From Patescibacteria group bacterium (GTDB lineage Bacteria; Patescibacteriota; Dojkabacteria; GCA-002793355), in the NCBI GenBank assembly GCA_016860985.1, contig BOKM01000001.1:719462-783461 (forward strand): a stretch of DNA of 64,000 nt. Direction: 5' to 3'. Each line of letters begins with the position of its first letter. The stretch's first letter is position 1. Below are positions 9,345 to 19,205 of the stretch, piece by piece. The position numbers were made by a program, and so were the translations under genes. The notes below the pieces were generated by a model that saw only the letters and a list, made by a program, of their open reading frames with translations, was not told where the DNA came from and did no database searches.

Positions 9345-10616
9345 ATGGAATCTACTGCCCAGTCCAGTCGTAAAACAACGTTGTATCTTTCTGAATTGGC
9401 TAACGGATTGGTTTTTACGTTGGCTATAAAAGATACGAAAACTGGGGAGCATGAAAAGCATGTTTGGAAAACCTCATATCCTCTGCTCGATTTGCTCTAT
9501 CCACATTGGGTGCCGAAGCGATCAGTAAATACACCAATCAATTTTCTTTCTCAGGCAATTACTCAAGCTGGTGCTGCCTTTGGCTGGAAGTTAGTTACAG
9601 AAAGTGGTCGCTTTATAGTTCCTGAAAAGTCGTTTGGAGAAGGCTTAGACCGTGTTAGCATGCTACAGGAAAGTTCCACAAACGGGCTTGTTTCTGGAAT
9701 TGTGTCAGACAAGTTTGTCAGTACGGTAAAGCGAAAAGATCTTTCAATTGGAAAACTCCTTTTGCAGGATATCGAAGGGACCACTGAACCCGTGGTGGTC
9801 GTTGTTGCAAACTTTTATTCGATTGAAGTAATCGAATGTATTCCTAGAATAGTTGGGAAGATGCGGAAATGGGAATACAAATCGTCAAAAATTCAGTATG
9901 CAAACGAACAAGAATTTGTCGATATGCTTGCCACCAAAAAGTTTCTGCCTTTTGTTGGCGAACACATGCCAGAAGGGCAGATATTTAACACTTTGCTTAA
10001 CTATATCTACTGGAGACCTCTCACGACCTCATCTCAAATGGTTCGAGATATTTGGCGGGCATTATTAACGTCTCAACTCATCGAATTAGGCAAGTATTTA
10101 TCTGTACAGCAGTTTGATAAAGGGCATGTGTATGTCACGGGTGAGGTTCCGTTGTTTGTGCATGACAATCCTCGTTTGCAACTTGCCGTGGTTGATGGAC
10201 TTGGTTTATCGGGTGCGTGGACTGTTTTAGTAGACGAGCATTATCAGATGTTACCGTTTCTTGCCGAAGGAGAAGAGAATAACGTTTTCAATGAACTATC
10301 GGCTGAAAAATGTAGTTTGTGGATAATTCCTCAAATCAAAAAGCAAAAAAGTATCGTAAAAGTTAAGTCCGGAGATTCGGAATACCAAGGAGTTTACGGA
10401 AATTTGTATACATATAGTATCCGGAGTAAGTCCCACGCCTTTGAGTATGATATAGATGGCCAAAAATCGACATTCGAGCTCCCTAAATATTGTAACGTGG
10501 CATCTGTAACTATAGATACGCGAGAGTGGCCGGTGGTTTATGGCCCAAATACAGTTGCAAACAGTGTAAAAATTCCGCAATGGATTGATAGAATAAGAAA
10601 ACAGATAAAAACATAG
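9345..10616 (+). CDS. Divergent glutamate mutase L (GlmL)-like protein
   Basis: VYVTGE...LAVVDGLGLSGAWTVLVD and C-terminal TIDTREWP resemble GlmL-family segments; paired with the downstream conserved protein. Confidence 0.45.
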   Translation: MESTAQSSRKTTLYLSELANGLVFTLAIKDTKTGEHEKHVWKTSYPLLDLLYPHWVPKRSVNTPINFLSQAITQAGAAFGWKLVTESGRFIVPEKSFGEGLDRVSMLQESSTNGLVSGIVSDKFVSTVKRKDLSIGKLLLQDIEGTTEPVVVVVANFYSIEVIECIPRIVGKMRKWEYKSSKIQYANEQEFVDMLATKKFLPFVGEHMPEGQIFNTLLNYIYWRPLTTSSQMVRDIWRALLTSQLIELGKYLSVQQFDKGHVYVTGEVPLFVHDNPRLQLAVVDGLGLSGAWTVLVDEHYQMLPFLAEGEENNVFNELSAEKCSLWIIPQIKKQKSIVKVKSGDSEYQGVYGNLYTYSIRSKSHAFEYDIDGQKSTFELPKYCNVASVTIDTREWPVVYGPNTVANSVKIPQWIDRIRKQIKT

Positions 10617-10620
10617 GACT

Positions 10621-11535
10621 ATGGAAAGAGTAGTAACACGAAAAACAATACAAGTGGTCGGTGCTTTTACCTCTGCACAAAAAATTGGAAGTGTTATTAG
10701 ACCAAATGACACTCTAGGTCACACACGTGTGCCGGTCGTACTCGAGGTTCACTCTTTAGAGAATGGAAGGGTACTGGTAGACGACGGAGTCTTTGTAACA
10801 GCACAAACGCCTTTAGTTGAATACAAGAGAGGTTTTCGCCGTGAAATTGTTGGCTCAATGCATGAGGGTATCGTAAGGATTAGTAAAAATGCGGTCTCGC
10901 TTGTTGCAGAAGATACAGAAGAGCCAGTTGTAAGCACTTTGTGGGGGCGAGTGATGTCGGTCGCTGAAAACTCTTATACGGTCGAAGTTAAGTACTTAAA
11001 AATGCCGATTTTTGTCTCTCGAGGATTTAAAGTAGAGGCACCATTACACGGGTTATTGCAGAAGGGGGCAATAACTGCACCACATCATATAAATGATGAA
11101 GTTCGCGAAAAAATCGTATTACTGCCTGGAGCAGTAACCAAAGAAACATATCACGAGATTATGAATAGAGGAGCGATGGGTGTACTTGCTCCTTCGGTTG
11201 ATTGGAATGATTATCTTGATATCTTTTCCAATCCAAATGGGAACATCGGTATTTTACACGGCTTTGGGATGTTCCCCTTGTGGCGGTGGTACTATCACTT
11301 ACTCTCAAAGATGCACAACGTACTTGTTGAGGTAGATTATGCTAATTCGTATTTGTACATTCCTATCAGTGATATACTTATGGGAAGCTTAGAGCAGGAT
11401 TTACTCCTTTTCAAAGAGTATTGGTGGGGCAAACAGGTAAAATCGTTGCAACACGAATCGGGTGATTTAATTGCGACCTTAGAAACAGGCGAGCAAACTC
11501 CCGTTATGGCAGAAGAGCTTTTTAATATTAGGTAA
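10621..11535 (+). CDS. Conserved hypothetical protein, GlmL-associated barrel-sandwich type
   Basis: LVDDGVFV..TPL, GAMGVLAPS, GFG..P, GEQTPV..EEL pattern. Confidence 0.5.
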   Translation: MERVVTRKTIQVVGAFTSAQKIGSVIRPNDTLGHTRVPVVLEVHSLENGRVLVDDGVFVTAQTPLVEYKRGFRREIVGSMHEGIVRISKNAVSLVAEDTEEPVVSTLWGRVMSVAENSYTVEVKYLKMPIFVSRGFKVEAPLHGLLQKGAITAPHHINDEVREKIVLLPGAVTKETYHEIMNRGAMGVLAPSVDWNDYLDIFSNPNGNIGILHGFGMFPLWRWYYHLLSKMHNVLVEVDYANSYLYIPISDILMGSLEQDLLLFKEYWWGKQVKSLQHESGDLIATLETGEQTPVMAEELFNIR

Positions 11536-11544
11536 CAATTCAAT

Positions 11545-12807
11545 ATGGAACAGAAAACAACCACGAAAACATCGTTTTTTGATAAAAAAGTTTCAGTATC
11601 CAACATTATTGTACTTACGGGAATCTCCCTTTTGTTTGGCGTTGGTATTGGAGCCTCGAGTACACCACTAAAAAACTATGTAAACGATAAGATGGTAACA
11701 GTCGTTCCATCCGGTGATCTCAGCAAAAAGAGTTTTAGCCTGTACTGGGAAGTGTATAACAAGCTTCGTGATTATTACGTTGACCCTGCAAAACTAGAAA
11801 CGAATGAACTCTTTTATGGCAGCATTAAAGGTATGGTTGAATCTCTTAGCGATGCCCCAACAGCTTTTTACACCCCAGAAGAAACAGCTGAATATAAAAA
11901 GGCACAAAGCGGTTCCTATTCTGGAATCGGTGCAGAGCTCGACTTTGTGAATAATAGCGTAGTAGTGGTTGCGCCCTTTGATGGTTCTCCAGCCCAGAAA
12001 GCGGGTATCGAGGCGCAAGATGTGATTTCAAAAGTTGATGATAAGTCAACTGCAAACAAAACAATAACTCAGGTTGTCTCTGAAATTAGAGGTCAAGCAG
12101 GTACAAAGGTTGCTCTGACTATTCTTCGGCCTCGTGAAAATTTCAAGGAACACGTAATTGAAATTATACGAGGGAATGTATCAGCACCAAGTATTGAAAT
12201 TAAAGAGGTAAAAGATAAGATTGCTGTTGTCAAAATAAGTCGATTTACCGAGAGCACAATGTCTGAGTGGGTAAGCAAATGGAATGTTGTATCAGACAAT
12301 ATTGCAACACAATACAAGAATGGAAGCGTGACGCATTTAGTGCTCGATCTTAGAAATAATCCCGGAGGCTTCTTTGATGCTGCCGTCGTGCTAGCTGGAG
12401 ATTTTCTTCCAAAAGGCTCAATCGTTGCCTACCAACGAGAAAGAGCAGGGGCAGATAAAGTATTCCCAACCGCCACCGAGCCACGCCTCGCAGACATCCC
12501 TGTCACAATTCTTGTAAATGGAAGCAGTGCATCTGCTTCAGAGATTTTTACTGGTGCTATGCAATACTATAAACGAGCCAAAGTGATTGGCGAACAAACG
12601 TATGGTAAGGGAACAGCTCAAGTAGTTCTGCCTGTTAGTGACGGTGCTTCGCTCCATGTCACAATAAGCAAGTGGTTGCTACCAGATAAAGAATGGTTAA
12701 ACCCAGAAAACACTATTGAACCAGACACAATCGTGAAGCTCGACTACGATCTACGCGCAAAAGGTATAGATAACCAGATGGAAGAAGCTCTTAAGCTCGC
12801 AAAATAG
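11545..12807 (+). CDS. ctpA: C-terminal processing protease (S41, PDZ)
   Basis: GIGAEL, LDLRNNPGG, SASASEI, TYGKGT. Confidence 0.95.
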   Translation: MEQKTTTKTSFFDKKVSVSNIIVLTGISLLFGVGIGASSTPLKNYVNDKMVTVVPSGDLSKKSFSLYWEVYNKLRDYYVDPAKLETNELFYGSIKGMVESLSDAPTAFYTPEETAEYKKAQSGSYSGIGAELDFVNNSVVVVAPFDGSPAQKAGIEAQDVISKVDDKSTANKTITQVVSEIRGQAGTKVALTILRPRENFKEHVIEIIRGNVSAPSIEIKEVKDKIAVVKISRFTESTMSEWVSKWNVVSDNIATQYKNGSVTHLVLDLRNNPGGFFDAAVVLAGDFLPKGSIVAYQRERAGADKVFPTATEPRLADIPVTILVNGSSASASEIFTGAMQYYKRAKVIGEQTYGKGTAQVVLPVSDGASLHVTISKWLLPDKEWLNPENTIEPDTIVKLDYDLRAKGIDNQMEEALKLAK

Positions 12808-12901
12808 CATTCAATCTTCTGTTAAAAAACGAGGGTTCCTTGCAATGGTATAATGTGTGCAATTACTATTTCTGTAATGAGATAATTTTGAAGGAACGCA
12901 T

Positions 12902-13432
12902 ATGGCAAAGGTTGTATTACTCGCGGATGTTCCGCAAATTGGCAAAAAAGGTATGATTGTAGATGTAAAAGAGGGCTATGCCTCAAACTTTCTATTTCCG
13001 AAAAAACTTGCTCGATTATCAGTAGCTGCAGACGAAAAGAAAATGTTGCAAATACAAGAGAACGCCCAATCAGCAGCAAAAAATAAGCAACGAATGATTA
13101 CAAAACTTATTTCCTACGCTTCGTCACAACTAATTAAGAAACCCATTAAAGTTTCTGTTAAAACGGCAGTTGGTGGAAGAGTATTCGGAAGCATTGACCC
13201 ACAGCAAGTGCTCGATGGATTATTTGAAGAAATGCCACAGTTAAAGGCACTAGATAGAAGCGAATTTCAGATTAAGATTCCACAACGCGTAGAATATGCC
13301 GGAAAATATGTATTCGAAATGCTTGTAAACGTTGATGGAGCTGAGCATAAAGATATGACAGTGGTTCCTTTGTATGTAGATATCGTTCCTCTAACCGAGG
13401 CACGCCAACATCACGGAGCAGGGAGGAAATAG
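12902..13432 (+). CDS. rplI: 50S ribosomal protein L9
   Basis: KVVLLADVPQIGKKG..VDVKEGYASNFLFPKKLA; GRVFGSI. Confidence 0.93.
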   Translation: MAKVVLLADVPQIGKKGMIVDVKEGYASNFLFPKKLARLSVAADEKKMLQIQENAQSAAKNKQRMITKLISYASSQLIKKPIKVSVKTAVGGRVFGSIDPQQVLDGLFEEMPQLKALDRSEFQIKIPQRVEYAGKYVFEMLVNVDGAEHKDMTVVPLYVDIVPLTEARQHHGAGRK

Positions 13433-13568
13433 GTTCTTCTTTTTACGCAAACGTCAGTGTTCAAACGCTACACTTGGATAGAACTTCTTGAAAATTTCAC
13501 AATGGTCATGTTACCATGTGTGCACATGTACTTAGAAACCGCAGCTAGATAAGTTTACATACGTACAA

Positions 13569-14840
13569 ATGGAGTCAAAAGAAAAGCAACCAGTTGCGCC
13601 GACCACGGCGCAAAAAGAAACAGTAACCCCTAAAGTTGAAACCCCAGTAGCAGCGAAACCAGTTAAGAAAAAACGCCGAGGTGGCGCCATTTTGTTTGTA
13701 CTTTTTCTAATCTGTGGCTTTGGTACTTTATTCACGATTTTTGGTGTTTATGTCGCACGCTCTGTTGTTCCTGAAATTCAAAATTGGTTAGTGAGCCATA
13801 ACTTTGTGGCTACACCTAATACGAATAATGGCCAAGACAAATCTCCATTTGTTCCTCAGAATAATGATTCAATTGGAAAAACTGGTGATGCCCTTACAAT
13901 CCCGCAGGTAGTAAAGAAAGCTTCACCTAGTGTCGTGAGTATCGCAATTGCAGGTGAGCAAAATCCCGTTCCTGGAACAGAAGGGGAGTTCGACAAAATT
14001 GGTACCGGCTTTATCGTTGATGCAAAGGGAATTGTGGTAACAAATCAACATGTAGTTCGAGATTTAAAGGCAGAATATCAAGTAATTACACAAGATAATA
14101 AATCGTATAAGGCAAAAACAATCGTACGCGACGAAGTCAACGATATTGCAATTATTGTGGTAGATGCAAACGACCTTCCTGCTTTGCCAATTGGTAACTC
14201 CGCTTCAATTGAAGTAGGGGAGACCGTTATTGCCATAGGCACCCCACTTGGTGAGTATCCCGGAAGTGTAACCGTTGGCGTTATTAGTGGAGTAGGGCGA
14301 TCAGTCAGAACAGGGGACGGGTTTTGGGAAGCAGCGAAAGAGTACGAAAACGTATTACAGACAGACGCTGCAGTAAACCCAGGTAATTCTGGTGGTCCGT
14401 TATTGAACTTGTTTGGAGAAGTTGTTGGGGTAAACTTTGCGACCACAAGTGGCGCAGATAATATCTCATTTGCTTTACCGATTGATATCGTTGCACAACG
14501 AGTAAGTGAGTATAAACAATATGGAAAATTCAGAACACCGTACCTTGGAGTAAATTACCGAATGGTATTGGCACAAGAGGCAGAGTTCTACAATGTCGAG
14601 CCTGGTGCTTTGGTCAGAACTGTTGCAAAAGACTCCCCAGCAGAGAAAGCTGGCTTACGGGTTGGAGATATTATCACCAAAATAAACGGTAAAATGGTGA
14701 CAACAAGTCTTGCAGCAACACTCTCAAGAAATAATGTTGGCGACGAGATTAGTATTACGATAGTAAGAACGAGCATAACTGGTAACTCTGAAACCGTCAC
14801 GCTTAAGGCAACACTTTCAGAAAGACCAGCGTCAGAGTAG
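13569..14840 (+). CDS. htrA: HtrA/DegP-like serine protease with PDZ
   Basis: GTGFI, TNQHVV, DIA, QTDAAVNPGNSGGPL. Confidence 0.95.
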   Translation: MESKEKQPVAPTTAQKETVTPKVETPVAAKPVKKKRRGGAILFVLFLICGFGTLFTIFGVYVARSVVPEIQNWLVSHNFVATPNTNNGQDKSPFVPQNNDSIGKTGDALTIPQVVKKASPSVVSIAIAGEQNPVPGTEGEFDKIGTGFIVDAKGIVVTNQHVVRDLKAEYQVITQDNKSYKAKTIVRDEVNDIAIIVVDANDLPALPIGNSASIEVGETVIAIGTPLGEYPGSVTVGVISGVGRSVRTGDGFWEAAKEYENVLQTDAAVNPGNSGGPLLNLFGEVVGVNFATTSGADNISFALPIDIVAQRVSEYKQYGKFRTPYLGVNYRMVLAQEAEFYNVEPGALVRTVAKDSPAEKAGLRVGDIITKINGKMVTTSLAATLSRNNVGDEISITIVRTSITGNSETVTLKATLSERPASE

Positions 14841-15641
14841 GTCGCTGATGCAATTCTGATCCTTATATTCTGTGCAAAAACGCTGAATCATTTTGCCTTC
14901 TGTATCGTTATACTCTAAGAAAAAACTGACACTCTTTTGGTTGCTCACCAAAGTATCAAGGTAGTGCAGCAAATTCTTAAGTAACAACGGTTGAACAAGT
15001 AATGCATGCTCGGGCTCATAATCTTTCACTGATGAAGGTAGAACGTCAAAGTGCTTCTGTTGAATATATGGAGGATTTGCGAGAACGACAATATGTGACG
15101 AGCTTGGAACTATAGGGATACTGCCATTTTTGGGAAAATCACTGCATTTTAAAAATTGGATTCTCTCTTTGACTCCGTAGAATACGGCATTCTCTTCCGC
15201 AGTTGCTACTGCTGTTTCCGAATCATCGATTGCAATTATTGGCGTGACATATAGTGTCGTTTCGAGTGCCATGGTAATTGCAATTGCTCCCGAACCCGTA
15301 CCGATGTCGATAACGGTAACATCTCCCTTGTTTGGGATTTCATCGAAGTGTAGGAGCGCTTGTTCAATCATTTTTTCTGTATCGAACCTGGGTATCAATA
15401 CATTTCGGTTAACATTAAAGTATCGTCCAAAAAACATCGCTTTCCCAACGATATATTCAATTGGCGTTTGCTGCGAAATAAGAAACAATAGGTATTGAAG
15501 TTTGCTTGATTGATTTGCGCTGAGTGGTTCGGTAGAGTAATCGAGGGCAAGGTGAGATATAAGTTCCTGTAGGTAACTTTGCGGATAATCGGCACTCTTT
15601 AGTGCAGCTGAGAGTACCCCAATAGCTTGGTTATTCGTCAT
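14832..15641 (-). CDS. prmC: Release factor glutamine methyltransferase (short C-terminus)
   Basis: VLIPRFDTE, DIGTGSG, NPPY, YEP; follows prfA; start ATG 15641. Confidence 0.9.
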   Translation of the reverse strand: MTNNQAIGVLSAALKSADYPQSYLQELISHLALDYSTEPLSANQSSKLQYLLFLISQQTPIEYIVGKAMFFGRYFNVNRNVLIPRFDTEKMIEQALLHFDEIPNKGDVTVIDIGTGSGAIAITMALETTLYVTPIIAIDDSETAVATAEENAVFYGVKERIQFLKCSDFPKNGSIPIVPSSSHIVVLANPPYIQQKHFDVLPSSVKDYEPEHALLVQPLLLKNLLHYLDTLVSNQKSVSFFLEYNDTEGKMIQRFCTEYKDQNCISDLL

Positions 15642-16734
15642 CGTCGCCACCTTCCTGAATGCCTTTTTCTGCAATAAGGTTTCGCACATCGGAGAGCACA
15701 GCTTCAATCTTTCCGTTCATTACTTCGTTGATGTTAAACCAAGATTTTTTTACACGATGGTCGGTTACTCTGCTTTGAGGAAAATTGTATGTTCGAATCT
15801 TTTCTGAGCGATCACCTGTTCCAATTTGTCCTCGGCGAAGGTCACCCATCTCTTTTGTTTGTGCTTCAAGTTGCGCTTGGTAGAGTTTTGACTTCAAAAT
15901 TCGCATTGCTGCGTCTTTGTTTTTAAGTTGTGAACGTTCGGTTTGCGAAGAAACGATAATCCCACTTGGAACATGTCGTAAACGAACTGCAGAAGAAACT
16001 TTATTGACGTTCTGCCCACCTGGTCCACTTGAACGGAATGCCTCCATTTCCACATCTCTTGGATCAAGCTTTACATCTACATCTTCAACTTCTGGAAGAA
16101 TTGCAACACTGATGGTTGAAGTATGAATTCTGCCTGAGCTTTCTGTTGCGGGAACTCGTTGTACTCGATGCACACCGCTCTCGTATTGCAGCCAGAAATA
16201 AGCATCATCACCTTCAATATATGCGTCTGCGTGGCGAAAACCACCTTGTTCGGATACTTCGCTGTCGGTTAATTCAACTTTCCACCCTCGTTCAACTCCA
16301 AATTGTTGGTACATTCGAAACACCTCTTGAGCAAAGAGTGCAGCTTCTTCACCGCCTGCTCCCGCGCGAATTTCCATGACTACGTTTTGGAATTTTGAGG
16401 TTTCGCTCATGTGAGAATCGTAGAGCTTTTGAATTTCAGGGTTTCTTTGCGCTACTTCTTGCTGAGCTAATTCAATGAGTAATGGATCAGTTGATGCTCC
16501 AGAGAGTATTTTTGTCGCGTCAAGATAAGCACTAACCGATGCGCCAAGAGATAGTAACCCTTCTTCTTGTTGAGAAATTTTACTCAATCTCTTGTGTCCC
16601 TGAATATAATCATCAGAAGAGAAGTCAGTAATGGATTCAAGCTTTTCAGTTAAATCCAATCGTTCTTGCTTGAGCTTTTTTGTTTTCTCATTAATCTGTG
16701 GTTCAAGGGCAACAATATCAGACTGCGTTAGCAT
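15631..16734 (-). CDS. prfA: Peptide chain release factor 1
   Basis: GVHRVQRVPATE (PxT motif), SGPGGQNVN, RTYNFPQ. Confidence 0.97.
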   Translation of the reverse strand: MLTQSDIVALEPQINEKTKKLKQERLDLTEKLESITDFSSDDYIQGHKRLSKISQQEEGLLSLGASVSAYLDATKILSGASTDPLLIELAQQEVAQRNPEIQKLYDSHMSETSKFQNVVMEIRAGAGGEEAALFAQEVFRMYQQFGVERGWKVELTDSEVSEQGGFRHADAYIEGDDAYFWLQYESGVHRVQRVPATESSGRIHTSTISVAILPEVEDVDVKLDPRDVEMEAFRSSGPGGQNVNKVSSAVRLRHVPSGIIVSSQTERSQLKNKDAAMRILKSKLYQAQLEAQTKEMGDLRRGQIGTGDRSEKIRTYNFPQSRVTDHRVKKSWFNINEVMNGKIEAVLSDVRNLIAEKGIQEGGDDDE

Positions 16735-16755
16735 AGATGAACGACTGGAAATTAA

Positions 16756-16986
16756 TTATTTCTTTCCTGCTTTCATTGCCTCTGCTTTCTTTTGTCGTTC
16801 CATGAACTTTGATACTCGGTTGGCTGTGTCGATAATTGACTGTGCGCCGGTATAAGCTGGGTGACAATGTGAGCAAAGTGCCACGCTGAATCCTTTTGGT
16901 GCTGTTGTTCCGACAATAAAGTCTGTCCCGCAGTTTGAGCAGGTAAGTGTCATGACTTGGTACTGTGGATGCGTGTTCTGTTTCAT
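16756..16986 (-). CDS. rpmE: 50S ribosomal protein L31 (Zn-binding form)
   Basis: MK..THP.Y, CSNC, CSHCHPAYTG. Confidence 0.96.
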   Translation of the reverse strand: MKQNTHPQYQVMTLTCSNCGTDFIVGTTAPKGFSVALCSHCHPAYTGAQSIIDTANRVSKFMERQKKAEAMKAGKK

Positions 16987-17006
16987 AGGTGAATTATATC
17001 ATATTA

Positions 17007-19040
17007 TCAAGACTCAAGACCAAGTGCTTGCTTGGCAATTGCTGCAACTTCTTCTTGAGGGACGCCGTCACAATTTTTATCGACGGTTTGCATTCCAAGA
17101 GATCTGCATGCATCAATTAATCCATACTTCCAGTCAACGTACTGCCAGTATCGAGAAGGTCGCTGCCCTTGAAGGTAGTCAAATTTCACATGAACGCGTT
17201 CGTTTGTTTCTTGAAGATGTATTCGTACGAGTTCTTCTAACGCTGCAAGGCTCTCTGCTTTTCCGAAGGTTTCCTTGATTGCCTCAATCGCTGCTTGTGA
17301 TAGTAACCCGCCCTCGAACTGAAAGTAAGAAGTAATGAGCGATGGTGCATTGTTGAGAACGAGGCTTTCGTGAACATCTTTTTCTACAACTGGTAGTTGT
17401 TGTAAGGCGTTACGAATGAACTGCGCGATTTGGCGTACTGCAGCTGTGTGTTCAGTTGGAATCATTCCAAGAGTTTCATTGCCGGTTGCGAGTACGTCTT
17501 GAATAAAAGACTGAACCGCTTTGTCTGGTTGAAGCGAACTCGCTTCGACTATTGTGGTGAGTCGCTCTTTTGCAGCATCAGAGAGTTTTCCGGTTTCCGG
17601 ATTAATTTCTACAAGTGCCGCTAGGGTAGGTGCGTTAGAAAAATCAATGCCGACTAGTTCATCTGCGCGAATATCACCTTTTGTTTTAAAACTAAAGGCA
17701 GCACGACCTAAGGTTCGTACCGCTGCTGTCTGTTCAGAAATCATTTGATAGAACAATCCGCCGAGCTTTTCTTTGTCTAAGTATTGGAATAGGTATTCTG
17801 CCTGTTGTTTATTTCTTGGAGCGCCGTCAAGTACGATAGGTTCGTGAATCCTGCCTTGCTCGTCAAGTTTGCGTCTTGTTTCAAGCATGATATCGGCAAA
17901 CATAACCGTAAGCACTTTATTCGGAATCTGAACGCCACGGCTTCTTGGTCTGTCAAAGCCCCGCATATAGTGTTCGTACTGATCATACCAACTCATTTTC
18001 TCAATAAATTCTATTGGTGAGGGCTCTCGCTCTGTACTGTCGTTTTCTGGTTCCCCCCATCGCAATTCTTGCCCATCCATCATTTGTACTTTGATTCGTT
18101 TTCGGAGTACTTCGTCTAGGTCTGCAACCTCGTCGCGTGTTTTTGTGAATGTTTGGCCGTCTTTTTCTATGACGACTTTTTCAATTCCTCTGCCTGCGCC
18201 ACCTTCTGTACCTGATGCGGCGATTACAAGTTGTAAAATATCTCCTGTTGTTCCTTTTCCTGCTGCTGGTGGGCCAGAAATAACGGCAATATTTTTTTTA
18301 CGGGGAATGTATTCGCCGGATTCTGGGTTGTAGGCATAGTCAAGTGCAAAACTCATTTGTTTCAAGTGTTCTTGAAGTTTTGCTTCGTCGATAGAAGCAT
18401 CTAATTCTCGATAATATTGAAGTTGTAATTCGGTAGCAATATCTTCACACAGTTTATAAAGTGGCGTATTCTTTTTGATGTTTACAGGAGGATATTTATC
18501 TGTTGTTGCGGTATTGTCGAGTGCAAAACCTACTTCTCGCGCAATGTATTGAAGTGCAAGTACTCGTTCTTCCGGTACTTCAGTTGCCCTCCATATTGGT
18601 TTGATTATTTCTTCACCAAGCTGAATGTTGTTTACGTAATCCGTTACAGGAAGCCCAATCATGTCGGCTTCGCTAAGGTCAGGAATGGCAGAAACCATTT
18701 GTGCACGTTCTCGGACTGCTCGAAGTAGTGCAGCGTACGCGGTTGCTATAGAATCTGCGGTGAATCTTGATTCAGGCGTTTTTTCATCATTTGATAACCC
18801 ATTCGTTGTTTCCCATAATAACGTGAATTTTCGTGACCGTGATTCTTTTATTGAATAAAAGGGGAGTTTGCCACCAAATAGTGTTTCTTGTCGAGTTAAT
18901 GGATCCAAAACGATTCCAATCGCCTCTCTTGCCGTATATGGCGCTGGTTTGCTGTTAGCGTCAGAACTAAACGGCGAGTGTGTTACACCGTCGTAGACAT
19001 TTTCGCTGTGGGCAGTGGCTGTTTTCTTTGTACTTAACAT
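17007..19040 (-). CDS. Greatly enlarged adenylate kinase-like P-loop protein
   Basis: ISGPPAAGKGT, LDGAPRNKQQA, IRADE within 677 aa. Confidence 0.65.
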   Translation of the reverse strand: MLSTKKTATAHSENVYDGVTHSPFSSDANSKPAPYTAREAIGIVLDPLTRQETLFGGKLPFYSIKESRSRKFTLLWETTNGLSNDEKTPESRFTADSIATAYAALLRAVRERAQMVSAIPDLSEADMIGLPVTDYVNNIQLGEEIIKPIWRATEVPEERVLALQYIAREVGFALDNTATTDKYPPVNIKKNTPLYKLCEDIATELQLQYYRELDASIDEAKLQEHLKQMSFALDYAYNPESGEYIPRKKNIAVISGPPAAGKGTTGDILQLVIAASGTEGGAGRGIEKVVIEKDGQTFTKTRDEVADLDEVLRKRIKVQMMDGQELRWGEPENDSTEREPSPIEFIEKMSWYDQYEHYMRGFDRPRSRGVQIPNKVLTVMFADIMLETRRKLDEQGRIHEPIVLDGAPRNKQQAEYLFQYLDKEKLGGLFYQMISEQTAAVRTLGRAAFSFKTKGDIRADELVGIDFSNAPTLAALVEINPETGKLSDAAKERLTTIVEASSLQPDKAVQSFIQDVLATGNETLGMIPTEHTAAVRQIAQFIRNALQQLPVVEKDVHESLVLNNAPSLITSYFQFEGGLLSQAAIEAIKETFGKAESLAALEELVRIHLQETNERVHVKFDYLQGQRPSRYWQYVDWKYGLIDACRSLGMQTVDKNCDGVPQEEVAAIAKQALGLES

Positions 19041-19205
19041 ACGCCACTTTGATTGAATTCAGTCGGTAATTATACCCGTATTACTATGATATTGCAACGC
19101 GTGAATTGTTATGTCTTGACGGTGCAAACCTGTACGCTGGGCCTGTTTTGTGGGGTTTTGAGGTTTAGTGTTGGCAATCACTGACAAATCAGATATACTG
19201 TTTTT

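Noticed and set aside
13526-13552. Possible uORF MYLETAAR upstream of htrA
   Set aside because: Weak -10 (TACCAT), 8-nt spacing, no informative codon bias or coupling; compatible with chance
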